A program made the translations under genes and the position numbers. The notes under the pieces are model-generated. The model made no database searches, was not told where the DNA came from, and saw nothing but the letters and a program-made list of their open reading frames with translations. Of a stretch of 64,000 nucleotides of DNA, positions 29,890 to 38,213 are shown in pieces. Positions within the stretch are counted from its first letter, which is position 1. Every line of letters begins with the position of its first letter. Source of the stretch: an uncultured virus (IMG/VR IMGVR_UViG_2799112846_000001) (Duplodnaviria > Heunggongvirae > Uroviricota > Caudoviricetes); the IMG/VR virus record IMGVR_UViG_2799112846_000001, positions 1 through 64,000 of that record, one strand, 5' to 3'.

Positions 29890-30112
29890 GACTAATAAGA
29901 CAAATGAGGTATTAAAACATCTACAGAAAAAGGAAACGATTACAAGTATGGAAGCATATGATTTATATGGAGCCACTAGATTATCAGCTATCATATTTAA
30001 TCTACGTAAGCAGTATAACATAGATACACTTGATATGGAGTGTACTGATAGATATGGTCATACATGTCACTTTGCTAAGTATAGATATAGAGGGGAGATA
30101 AACAATGACTAA
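29882..30112 (+). CDS. winged HTH protein
   Basis: VLKHL...ITSMEA..YGATRLSAIIFNLR. Confidence 0.7.
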   Translation: MSKTNKTNEVLKHLQKKETITSMEAYDLYGATRLSAIIFNLRKQYNIDTLDMECTDRYGHTCHFAKYRYRGEINND

Positions 30113-30731
30113 GCCCTTTAAGATTTGGATAGAGGATGGAGCAACATTGAACAAAGTGTTGGCGAAAATGGAAAAAGAGGGCATTACCTGGGTGACTGGT
30201 GCAAAACCATTAGATAATGATATATATCCTATACCAATTGGTCTTTTTGTACCCACTACTAATTCGTTAACATACACCAGTGATGCTGAATATTATAGTG
30301 ATAAAAAACTTTACAGCGAAATAACACCTGAAAAATATTTAAAGGAGAATAAAACAATGACTAAAGCAGATTTGAAAGATTGGATGATAGTAACTGACAA
30401 TGAAGGTAAGAAATATATTGTAGACCGAGTTCATGAAGTTCTTTTAGAGTATGGTGCTGTCGATAAGGTCAATCGGGTATTAGTTTTAGATAATATTACC
30501 GATGATTTACATTCAATAGATGATGACTTTTATATTACTAGAGTATTTGAGCCCTCAGAGATGCAGCTATCTCATATATTTGATGGAGACGCTTGTTTAT
30601 CTAGTATGGACCTCATATGGATACGACCGACACCACCTGCAGTAGAAATGACTGTAGCAGAGATTGAAGAGAAGTTAGGTATTAAAAACTTGAAGATAGT
30701 TAAGGAGAACGAAGATGGCTCGCATGATTAG
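30105..30731 (+). CDS. hypothetical protein
   Basis: C-terminal EMTVAEIEEKLG motif. Confidence 0.65.
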   Translation: MTKPFKIWIEDGATLNKVLAKMEKEGITWVTGAKPLDNDIYPIPIGLFVPTTNSLTYTSDAEYYSDKKLYSEITPEKYLKENKTMTKADLKDWMIVTDNEGKKYIVDRVHEVLLEYGAVDKVNRVLVLDNITDDLHSIDDDFYITRVFEPSEMQLSHIFDGDACLSSMDLIWIRPTPPAVEMTVAEIEEKLGIKNLKIVKENEDGSHD

Positions 30732-30993
30732 AAATGGTAAGGAGTTTGCATCTGTGCCACGTAGAAATATTGAATGTTCAAATAAACAATATTTAGATAT
30801 ACCATCTGATTTTGTACATAATTCTGACATAGTATTTTGGATACTAGATGATATAACAATGGAAGAAAAGTATGGTAAAGACGGACGCAGTCCTGAATAT
30901 GAATGTCTTATGAGAGAGTTGGAACAGAATCGTAATGAAGAGAATGAATCAATGAAAGGAAGACCAGAATGGCTAAAGAAACTTTGGCAGTAA
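30715..30993 (+). CDS. hypothetical protein
   Basis: SD AAGGAG. Confidence 0.55.
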   Translation: MARMIRNGKEFASVPRRNIECSNKQYLDIPSDFVHNSDIVFWILDDITMEEKYGKDGRSPEYECLMRELEQNRNEENESMKGRPEWLKKLWQ

Positions 30994-33062
30994 AGTATAG
31001 ACCGCATACATTTGAAGATGTAGTAGAGCAAGACAGCACAAAGATTATATTACAACAGCAGTTAGACTCCGCAGAGTTTAGAAATGCATATCTGTTTGTA
31101 GGTGGAGCTGGGACAGGAAAAACTACTTGCGCTAGAATATTTGCTAATGAGATAAATAAGAATCAAGGTGCTCCAATAGAACTTGATGCGGCTAGCAATA
31201 GCGGTGTAGAAGATGTAAGAAACATAATACAGCAGGCAAAGACTAAGAGTTTGGATAGTGAATATAAGATATTCATTATAGATGAGTGCTTTCCAGCAAG
31301 TACTTGGATTAAAGTAGAGAAAGGAAAAGGTTATAAACGTATTGAAGATATAAAAGTAGGTGACGTTGTTCAAAGTATGTCAGGTTATAATAAAGTGACA
31401 CACATTTTTAAATCGAGCGTGTTGACCTCAAGATTATGCTGTGTTATCATAAACAATAGAAAGCACATAACAACAGCAGAGCATTTATTCTTTACTAATA
31501 ATGGTTGGATAAAAGCTTGTGATTTGCAAAAAGGAGATATTGTTTATGATACAGAAAGTTTGTCAAAATTGTGGAAAGAGTTTTCAGAATCGTCACAAGG
31601 GCGTGAAGTTTTGTTGTCATCAATGTTCGGTGGAGTATCGAAAGAAAACTTATCAGCCGAAGATGAAAACAGTAAAATGTCAAATATGTGGAAAAGAATT
31701 TCAGATACGGAATTGTTACAAAACAAAGACTTGTTCTGTGGAGTGCAAGAACAAACTGATTACGAAGTCGAATATACAACTGGCGAATACAGAATATGGC
31801 AAGGAACTACGGAAACAATCATCCGAGCGTATGAAGAAGAACAATCCGATGAAGAGCGAAAAGAATATACAAACGATGCTGAATACAAAAGAGAAGAATG
31901 GTACACTACACCAATGGAAAAGTCAACGGGGTGGCAACGGGAAGTATACCATAGCACAGATACACTTGTACGAAGCATTAGGAGATGGTTGGATTTTAGA
32001 GTATGCAATCAGCACAAAGAGTCTAAATTGGCAAGAGCGTCAACTTCCTTGGTGTTACAAAGTAGACCTTGGTTATCCAACAATGAAAATTGCAATAGAG
32101 GTAGATGGCAAAAGCCACAGATGGAAAAATGGGTTATTGAAAGACTCAAAGAAAGAGGAATGTCTGAAAGACTTAGGGTGGACAGTGTTGAGATTTACAA
32201 ACGAGGAGATAATGACGAATTGTTCCTTAGTCGTTTCACAGATACAGAATTATCTCAAAGAGAAGTTATAATGTATGATTTAGAAGTTGAAAACGACCAT
32301 ACATATTTCGCAGATGATATATTAGTACATAATTGTCACTCACTTAGTAATACAGCATGGCAAGCATTTCTAAAACTCATAGAAGAACCACCTGCAAAGT
32401 CAATATTTATATTCTGCACTACTAATCCGGAAAAGATACCTAAGACAATTCTTAGTAGGGTACAACGTTATGACTTTAAAAGAATAAGTCAGCAAGGTAT
32501 TGTAGATAGACTAGATTATATATGTGCTAATGAATGGGGTGTTGCTAAAGATGATAGATGTTTGCCACATAGAGAAGCTCTGGAATACCTTGCAAAGTTA
32601 GCAGATGGTGGGATGCGTGATGCTATAACTCTTATGGATAAATGTTTATCATACAGCAAAGACTTGACTATAGAAAATATAGTTAAAGCATTAGGTGTAG
32701 CAGACTATGATACTATGATGGAATTAACAGATGTTATTATACACAAAGATGAGGAAGCAATAATTAGAATCATAGAAGAAATACATAGTGCTGGAAAGGA
32801 TTTAAAACAGTTCGTAAGACAATACCTTACTTTTGTGCTTGAAGTTAAGAAGTATATAATATTAGGTGATTTTAAATATCTAAATATTCCGCAGACTAAT
32901 GACAATGAAAGATTTTTGGATAATATGTTTCACGAATATGGTAAGATAAGTGATTTATTAGACTTACTTATTAAGATAAATACAGAAGTCAAGTATGACA
33001 GTTCACCTAAATATCTTATTGAAGCATATATGCTGGGAGGTTTAAATGATAGGACAGAGTAA
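30969..33062 (+). CDS. dnaX: DNA Pol III gamma/tau clamp-loader subunit containing an intein
   Basis: LAVKYRP..FEDVV, G.AGTGKTT.ARIFA, ELDAAS, IIDE|intein|CHSLS..AFLKLIEEPP, TILSR, GGMRDA. Confidence 0.95.
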   Translation: MAKETLAVKYRPHTFEDVVEQDSTKIILQQQLDSAEFRNAYLFVGGAGTGKTTCARIFANEINKNQGAPIELDAASNSGVEDVRNIIQQAKTKSLDSEYKIFIIDECFPASTWIKVEKGKGYKRIEDIKVGDVVQSMSGYNKVTHIFKSSVLTSRLCCVIINNRKHITTAEHLFFTNNGWIKACDLQKGDIVYDTESLSKLWKEFSESSQGREVLLSSMFGGVSKENLSAEDENSKMSNMWKRISDTELLQNKDLFCGVQEQTDYEVEYTTGEYRIWQGTTETIIRAYEEEQSDEERKEYTNDAEYKREEWYTTPMEKSTGWQREVYHSTDTLVRSIRRWLDFRVCNQHKESKLARASTSLVLQSRPWLSNNENCNRGRWQKPQMEKWVIERLKERGMSERLRVDSVEIYKRGDNDELFLSRFTDTELSQREVIMYDLEVENDHTYFADDILVHNCHSLSNTAWQAFLKLIEEPPAKSIFIFCTTNPEKIPKTILSRVQRYDFKRISQQGIVDRLDYICANEWGVAKDDRCLPHREALEYLAKLADGGMRDAITLMDKCLSYSKDLTIENIVKALGVADYDTMMELTDVIIHKDEEAIIRIIEEIHSAGKDLKQFVRQYLTFVLEVKKYIILGDFKYLNIPQTNDNERFLDNMFHEYGKISDLLDLLIKINTEVKYDSSPKYLIEAYMLGGLNDRTE
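31287..32333 (+). mobile_element. intein (349 aa) in the DnaX Walker B motif
   Basis: Starts CFPAST; block B TTAEHLFFT; W..A.DL.KGD; block F/G YDLEVENDHTYFADDILVHN followed by +1 Cys; removal restores IIDECHSL. Confidence 0.95.
31546..32271 (+). CDS. nested +1-frame endonuclease inside the intein: two Zn fingers plus a DUF559/Vsr-like domain (241 aa)
   Basis: SD AAGGAG at 31531-36, ATG 31546; CQNCGK..FCCHQC and CQICGK..TCSVEC; KVDL..IAIEVDGKSH...KD..K...L..LGWTVLRFTNEE. Confidence 0.85.
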   Translation: MIQKVCQNCGKSFQNRHKGVKFCCHQCSVEYRKKTYQPKMKTVKCQICGKEFQIRNCYKTKTCSVECKNKLITKSNIQLANTEYGKELRKQSSERMKKNNPMKSEKNIQTMLNTKEKNGTLHQWKSQRGGNGKYTIAQIHLYEALGDGWILEYAISTKSLNWQERQLPWCYKVDLGYPTMKIAIEVDGKSHRWKNGLLKDSKKEECLKDLGWTVLRFTNEEIMTNCSLVVSQIQNYLKEKL

Positions 33063-33888
33063 TTTATTAACAATAATAGATGAACAGATAATGATGGATG
33101 AGTTTCCTAGATTCAGCATAATAATAGGTCCTGAGGGCAGTGGTAAAAAGACACTTGCAAAAGCTATGGCATTTGCACTAGAAAGCAGATGTAACTTTAT
33201 AGAACCTAAGATAGATGCTGTTAGGGAAATGATAAAAGAGTGCTACACTATAAATGACACTATGGTATATGTGATAGCAGATGCAGACAGTATGTCCATA
33301 TCAGCAAAAAATGCTATGCTCAAGATATGTGAAGAAACACCTAAGAAAGCATATATCATAATGACTGTATGTGATGAGTCTAGTTTATTAGATACTATTA
33401 AGAGTCGAGCTAGTATATATCACATGTCACCATACACACCTGCAGAACTATTAGACTACGCAAGACTAAGTAAAGGTAATCTCAGTAATGCTGGTGAGTT
33501 GATAGTGCAGGATTTATGTGAGACTCCAGGAGATGTAAATAAACTGTATGCAGTAGGTGTAGAAGCATTTTATAAGTTTGTGGAAAAAGTAGTAGATAAT
33601 ATAGCTGAGGTGTCAACAGCAAACGCACTAAAGATTCTTGACTCTATAGACACTAAAGGAAATGATGAAGATAAATATGATATGGTATTATTTCTAAGAG
33701 CATTTAAAGCTGTGTGTGGTAAAGAGATGCGAAAAGCAGTTGCACAAGATGATGTAGAAGGACAGATGTATTTTTCAGCCGGCATCAAAGTAGCATCAAA
33801 CACACTAAGTAAGATGAGTATAACGGGAATAAATAAAGGTGCGCTGTTTGACATGTTTATATTAGACTGCCGTAGAGTTTGGAGTTAG
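33046..33888 (+). CDS. holB: clamp-loader delta' subunit-like
   Basis: MIGQ, GPEGSGKKTLA, ADSMS..AKNAMLKICEETP, LLDTIKSR. Confidence 0.85.
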   Translation: MIGQSNLLTIIDEQIMMDEFPRFSIIIGPEGSGKKTLAKAMAFALESRCNFIEPKIDAVREMIKECYTINDTMVYVIADADSMSISAKNAMLKICEETPKKAYIIMTVCDESSLLDTIKSRASIYHMSPYTPAELLDYARLSKGNLSNAGELIVQDLCETPGDVNKLYAVGVEAFYKFVEKVVDNIAEVSTANALKILDSIDTKGNDEDKYDMVLFLRAFKAVCGKEMRKAVAQDDVEGQMYFSAGIKVASNTLSKMSITGINKGALFDMFILDCRRVWS

Positions 33889-33965
33889 TAGTATAAATAA
33901 GCACTTGTATTTTAATAACATTCATATTATAATAATTGTATTAAAATATGAGGAGGTTTTACGTA

Positions 33966-34961
33966 ATGAGTACATTTACATTATATGTGCATATAACACC
34001 TGCTAATAAACTATATATAGGCATAACGAGTCAAACAGTTAATGAACGATGGGAGAATGGTAAGGGGTATTCAGGTAGTCCACATTTTTATAGTGCCATA
34101 CAAAAATACGGCTGGGATAATATTAAGCATATAGTTTTACTTGAAAACCTATCAAAAGAAGTGGCTTGTGAATGTGAGAAATATCTCATAGCTAAATACA
34201 AAACTACAAATCGAGAGTATGGGTATAATATTTCATTAGGGGGCGATGTAACTCAATTAGGATTAAAACGTACTCCTGAACAAATAAAACGATTAAGTGA
34301 TGCACATAAAGAGCTACCTGTTAATGAGTTTGCTATACAACGTATGGCGGAAACTAATCGAGGAAGAAAACGACCTCCAGAAGTTATAGAGAAAATGAGA
34401 AAAGCAAAAACAGAATGGCACAAAAGACCTGAATCAAAAGAGATTATGCGTAATATAAATAAAGGTAAAACATTTTCGGATGAACATAAGCGTAAATTAT
34501 CTGAAAGTCACAAAGGTAATGTTTCAGGTATGAAAGGTAAACGGCATACTGAGGAATCTCGTAAAAAAATGAGCGAATCTCAGAAAAAAGCTGTTAAGGT
34601 ATATTCAGAGGATGGACTTAAACGTATATCAGAAGCCTCAAAAAATCGAATTGTTACGGATGAAACTCGTGAAAAATTAAGACAATCTCGTTTAGGTAAA
34701 AAAGCTTCCGAAGAAACTCGACTTAAACAAAGTCTTGCTAAAAAAGGCAAACCATCTCCTAAAAAAGGTAAAAAATTGAGTGAAGAAACAAAGAAAAAAA
34801 TAAGTGAAAGTGTTAAAAAATCACAAAAGCCTTTAACTGATGAACAGCGTAAAAAAATAAGTGAAGCCAGTAAACGTAGATGGGCACGATACAGAGAGGA
34901 AATGAGCATATATGGAAGTACAAGAGTTAAAGAAGTTAATAAAAGAGAACAACATACCTAA
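33966..34961 (+). CDS. GIY-YIG homing endonuclease with multiple NUMOD3 repeats
   Basis: LYVH..KLYIGIT..RW..G; AIQKYGW; E..LI..Y..GYN; repeated SEET(R/K)xK(L/I)S; SD GAGGAGG before ATG 33966. Confidence 0.9.
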   Translation: MSTFTLYVHITPANKLYIGITSQTVNERWENGKGYSGSPHFYSAIQKYGWDNIKHIVLLENLSKEVACECEKYLIAKYKTTNREYGYNISLGGDVTQLGLKRTPEQIKRLSDAHKELPVNEFAIQRMAETNRGRKRPPEVIEKMRKAKTEWHKRPESKEIMRNINKGKTFSDEHKRKLSESHKGNVSGMKGKRHTEESRKKMSESQKKAVKVYSEDGLKRISEASKNRIVTDETREKLRQSRLGKKASEETRLKQSLAKKGKPSPKKGKKLSEETKKKISESVKKSQKPLTDEQRKKISEASKRRWARYREEMSIYGSTRVKEVNKREQHT

Positions 34962-35871
34962 CTTCCTAATATTCACAGGAGAAGAGTATGAGGTTCAACG
35001 ACAGTACATTCAGCAGATAGCAAAGGTAAAAAAGCTGTCAGTGTATTATGCAGATAATATAGATGAGATATGGAGTAGTTTAAATAGCACGTCTTTATTT
35101 GATACTAACGGACTATATGTTCTATATGATGATAGACAGCTTTTAACAAATGAAAAGATATATTCTCAGTTAGCTAATATACAGCGTGATAATATGCTCA
35201 TTTTAACGCTCTCAAGCGTTGATAAACGCTTGAAAATGCTAAAGACGTATAAAGATAGCATAGTTGAGTTTAATGCGCTTAAAAGCGACATATTGAAGCG
35301 TTATATTCAAAAAGAGATTGACTTGAATGATAGAAACTGTGAGATACTGATGGAGATATGTGATTATAATTATGGGCACTGTCTTTTAGAGATTGATAAG
35401 ATACTGCATTATGTTGATGGTTGTGTAAGAGAATATGGAAAACCTTGTGATGTAGATATAGATGGTGTGTTTAAATCTTTGTTAGAAGATGGAACATTAT
35501 ATGTACCGCCAAGAGATACGTTGTGGGATTTTATAAAAGCATTTTTACAAGATAAACCTAAATTAGCTTATGAATTATATCAAGATTTGAAAGAGTTAAA
35601 AGTTCCTACATTCTCTATACTTTCAAACTTGTATAACAATACTAGACAAGTATTACAAGTACAGATATGCACAAGTAACGATATAGCTAAGACTACAGGA
35701 CTTAATCAGTGGCAGATAAGAAATGCTAAAGAGTGTGTTAACAGATTTACACCAGGAGATTTAACATATCTTATGAGACTGATTCAAAAAGTAGAAGTCA
35801 GCATAAAGCAGGGTAATATAGATGAGTCTATTGCGATAGATTATGTATTTACTAACTTTTATTCGTACTAA
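34912..35871 (+). CDS. holA: clamp-loader delta subunit-like
   Basis: LIFTGEE, VDKRLK, EIDK, C-terminal IKQG; located with dnaX and holB. Confidence 0.75.
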   Translation: MEVQELKKLIKENNIPNFLIFTGEEYEVQRQYIQQIAKVKKLSVYYADNIDEIWSSLNSTSLFDTNGLYVLYDDRQLLTNEKIYSQLANIQRDNMLILTLSSVDKRLKMLKTYKDSIVEFNALKSDILKRYIQKEIDLNDRNCEILMEICDYNYGHCLLEIDKILHYVDGCVREYGKPCDVDIDGVFKSLLEDGTLYVPPRDTLWDFIKAFLQDKPKLAYELYQDLKELKVPTFSILSNLYNNTRQVLQVQICTSNDIAKTTGLNQWQIRNAKECVNRFTPGDLTYLMRLIQKVEVSIKQGNIDESIAIDYVFTNFYSY

Positions 35872-35892
35872 AGAAGAAGTCATTATAGTTCG

Positions 35893-35921
35893 TTGACAGA
35901 TGTAGTATATCGTAGTATAAT
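35893..35921 (+). promoter_or_regulatory. consensus sigmaA promoter for the tRNA locus
   Basis: TTGACA-17-TATAAT. Confidence 0.85.
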
Positions 35922-35946
35922 GTTACTATAGATTTATTTCTTTAGT

Positions 35947-36016
35947 TGCTATGCGTGTAGTGTACATTCAAGAAGGCAATAATCTTGGAGAATAGGTGCA
36001 ATTCCTATCATAGCAA
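35947..36016 (+). ncRNA. tRNA-like element with non-canonical D and anticodon arms
   Basis: Acceptor TGCTATG/CATAGCA; T-arm ATAGG-TGCAATT-CCTAT; mini D-arm TGTA-GTG-TACA; stem TTCAAGA/TCTTGGA with 9-nt loop. Confidence 0.55.
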
Positions 36017-36020
36017 ATGT

Positions 36021-36093
36021 AGGGGTATAGCCAAACGGTCAAGGCATGTGATTTTGGCTCACAGATGTGCAGGTTCGAGTCCTGCTACCCTTG
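36021..36093 (+). tRNA. tRNA-Gln(TTG), CCA not encoded
   Basis: Acceptor AGGGGTA/TACCCTT; D-arm GCC..GGC; anticodon arm TGTGA-TTTTGGC-TCACA; T-arm GCAGG-TTCGAGT-CCTGC. Confidence 0.9.
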
Positions 36094-36107
36094 TTAAGGA
36101 GAATAAA

Positions 36108-36269
36108 ATGAAACAACTATATGACAGATGCTTGCGGTGTAATCGTAAGTTAAAGAAGGAAGAATATAGAAGAATCGGGTATGGAAAGACCTGCTTAGAG
36201 AAAACTAAGAAATCAAGAGTAATAGATTTATTAGAGGCGGAGAATGAAAAGAGGAAAGAAACTAACTAG
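36108..36269 (+). CDS. DUF6011-like Zn-finger protein
   Basis: SD AAGGAG; CLRCNRKL....RIGYGKTC. Confidence 0.65.
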   Translation: MKQLYDRCLRCNRKLKKEEYRRIGYGKTCLEKTKKSRVIDLLEAENEKRKETN

Positions 36270-36420
36270 AGAGCAGAAAGCAATAGTAGCCGGAAATGGA
36301 TTAGACCCTAAAGAATATCAATATGCTTATGATGTAAATGCAGACTATATAAAAGTAGTTAACATAATATCCGGCATAGAGAAGATGGTGAATGTTCACA
36401 AGAAGAAAAAGAGAGTGTAA
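36244..36420 (+). CDS. small hypothetical protein (not in ORF track)
   Basis: MKRGKKLTREQK...GLDPKEY; SD GAGG. Confidence 0.6.
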   Translation: MKRGKKLTREQKAIVAGNGLDPKEYQYAYDVNADYIKVVNIISGIEKMVNVHKKKKRV

Positions 36421-36421
36421 A

Positions 36422-36892
36422 ATGAACAAATATTTTGCTACACAAAAGAAGATACATTGTCAAGATACAGGTGAAATCTGTATAGGATATAATGAATATT
36501 TAAACAGTAAACATTGGGCATTATTAAGACAGCAATATATTCCTAAAGATATGAAATGTAGTATGTGTCATAATAAATGTGACAGTTTACAATTACACCA
36601 CTTAACTTATATGCACATTGGAAACGAGAAAGCAGATGATTTACTTCCATTATGTGAAAATTGTCATAAGCTGATACACAAAGTGCCAAAAGAAAATATA
36701 AAAAGTGAGTTATATGTTAATACTAAAAAATCACGAAGAAAGAAGAAACGACCTGTAAGAAAATGTAGTAATTGTAAAAGCTTTATTTATATAAAGATAA
36801 AAGGAAAAGAGCCTACATACGAGCCATATTGTAGATATAGTGCCAAGTTTAATCCGAAACAAGTGTGTGAGCATTTTAGACCTAAAAAATAA
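36422..36892 (+). CDS. HNH endonuclease
   Basis: YNEYL.S.HW..LR; CSMC..LQLHHLTY..GNE...DL..LCENCH..IH. Confidence 0.8.
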   Translation: MNKYFATQKKIHCQDTGEICIGYNEYLNSKHWALLRQQYIPKDMKCSMCHNKCDSLQLHHLTYMHIGNEKADDLLPLCENCHKLIHKVPKENIKSELYVNTKKSRRKKKRPVRKCSNCKSFIYIKIKGKEPTYEPYCRYSAKFNPKQVCEHFRPKK

Positions 36893-36946
36893 ATGACATT
36901 GTTTTAGTTTACATAATATGTTAAACTAATAGAAAGGAGATAGTGT

Positions 36947-37189
36947 ATGGATAACGAAACCTTAGCAACCGAGATGATACGTGAAATAAGAGCGACTAGC
37001 AAAAGATGGTTCATAGCTTTTATAGTAACATTGTGTTTGTGGTTTGCTACAATAGCAGGATTCATTCTGTATGAATACTATACAATACCTATCGAAGAGG
37101 TCACAGTCGAGAATGATGATGGAAATGCAAACTACATTGGTAATGATATGAATGGAGATTTGTATAATGGCGAAAGTACGGAAGACTAA
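36947..37189 (+). CDS. single-TM membrane protein
   Basis: KRWFIAFIVTLCLWFATIAGFILY; SD AGAAAGGAG. Confidence 0.7.
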   Translation: MDNETLATEMIREIRATSKRWFIAFIVTLCLWFATIAGFILYEYYTIPIEEVTVENDDGNANYIGNDMNGDLYNGESTED

Positions 37190-37220
37190 AAGAGGTCGTA
37201 AGAAAAGCAGGAGAAAGTAA
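37167..37220 (+). CDS. 17-aa highly basic peptide MAKVRKTKRGRKKSRRK
   Basis: GGAG 9 nt upstream; bridges the gap to ORF 37221. Confidence 0.45.
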   Translation: MAKVRKTKRGRKKSRRK

Positions 37221-37550
37221 ATGGCTAGTAATATCAAAACAATCAAAAAGTTACAGCTTGCTATTAACATGAATTGTCCGTTTAGAATACTCTATACGAC
37301 AAATCAATTCTATTCTGTGGATAAACAGATGCCTGTAACTAAGTATTGTTTAAGAAAAGCCGAACTAGATTATGATGCTCATAGAAGCAGTAGTGAGGAG
37401 ATTTTTAGTACCTATTCTCAGTTACAGATTATTCTGTATCTAAGAGATTTATGGTACACATGGTTGGGTAAGGAATTGCCAACTGATAATAAACTGTGGG
37501 AGAATATAAAGAAGCGAGACAACATAAATTATAAGGATGTGATTAAATGA
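37221..37550 (+). CDS. hypothetical protein upstream of terS
   Basis: SD AGGAG. Confidence 0.7.
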   Translation: MASNIKTIKKLQLAINMNCPFRILYTTNQFYSVDKQMPVTKYCLRKAELDYDAHRSSSEEIFSTYSQLQIILYLRDLWYTWLGKELPTDNKLWENIKKRDNINYKDVIK

Positions 37551-38134
37551 ATGACAATGAGATTATGCGTCTATCTAAGGATATAGTATCTAAGTATGAA
37601 TTAGGCAAAACACCTAAGATTAACAGATACAAGACAGACGCTAAGCCAATCACACAGACAGAAACATATAAAAAGCAGTATGTAACACATACCAGACACC
37701 CACTGACTTTTAGAGAAGCACGATTCATAGATACTTATATGGTTAACTATGATGGTCCAGAAGCAGTTGAGAAAGCAGGCTTTAAAGTCAAAGATAAAGG
37801 TAAGAAAGCTAGAGAGCTATTAAAGAAAGATTATATAGCAGATGAGATAGCATATAGAACGGAGTTATATGCTAGTGAATGTATAGCAGATAGACAGGAA
37901 GTACTTGAATACTTTACAGCAGTAATGCGTGGCGAAGTTAAAGACCAGTTTGACTTAGATGCTCCGTTAAGTGAACGTACTGCCGCCGCTAGAGAGTTAA
38001 AGAAAGTATTGATAGATGATGTAGAGCGTGGAAAGCAAGTACAGGCTCAACAAGTAGTAGTTAATATAGATATGAATAGAACAGAAGATACAGAAGACAA
38101 CCAGACAGTATCTATAGAACAAATATCCGACTGA
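37547..38134 (+). CDS. terS: terminase small subunit
   Basis: LT.RE.RF..Y...EAV.KAGF..ARELL...IADRQEVLEYFTAVMRGE..ERTAAAREL. Confidence 0.85.
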   Translation: MNDNEIMRLSKDIVSKYELGKTPKINRYKTDAKPITQTETYKKQYVTHTRHPLTFREARFIDTYMVNYDGPEAVEKAGFKVKDKGKKARELLKKDYIADEIAYRTELYASECIADRQEVLEYFTAVMRGEVKDQFDLDAPLSERTAAARELKKVLIDDVERGKQVQAQQVVVNIDMNRTEDTEDNQTVSIEQISD

Positions 38135-38167
38135 TTCATGCCGCCGTGATGTTTTTCCTTCTTATAA

Positions 38168-38213
38168 AGGGATAGCACTTACATTTATATATGTGGGTGC
38201 TATCTTCTTTTTA
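38168..38213 (+). terminator. intrinsic terminator
   Basis: GATAGCAC(T)TACAT/ATGTGGGTGCTATC stem followed by a T-run. Confidence 0.7.

Noticed and set aside
32926..32941. Third parS site (TGTTTCACGAATATGG)
   Set aside because: Only a half-site match, and it lies inside dnaX.
35985..36107. 5' part of ORF 35985..36269
   Set aside because: It overlaps tRNA-Gln; the likely start is ATG 36108 with SD AAGGAG.
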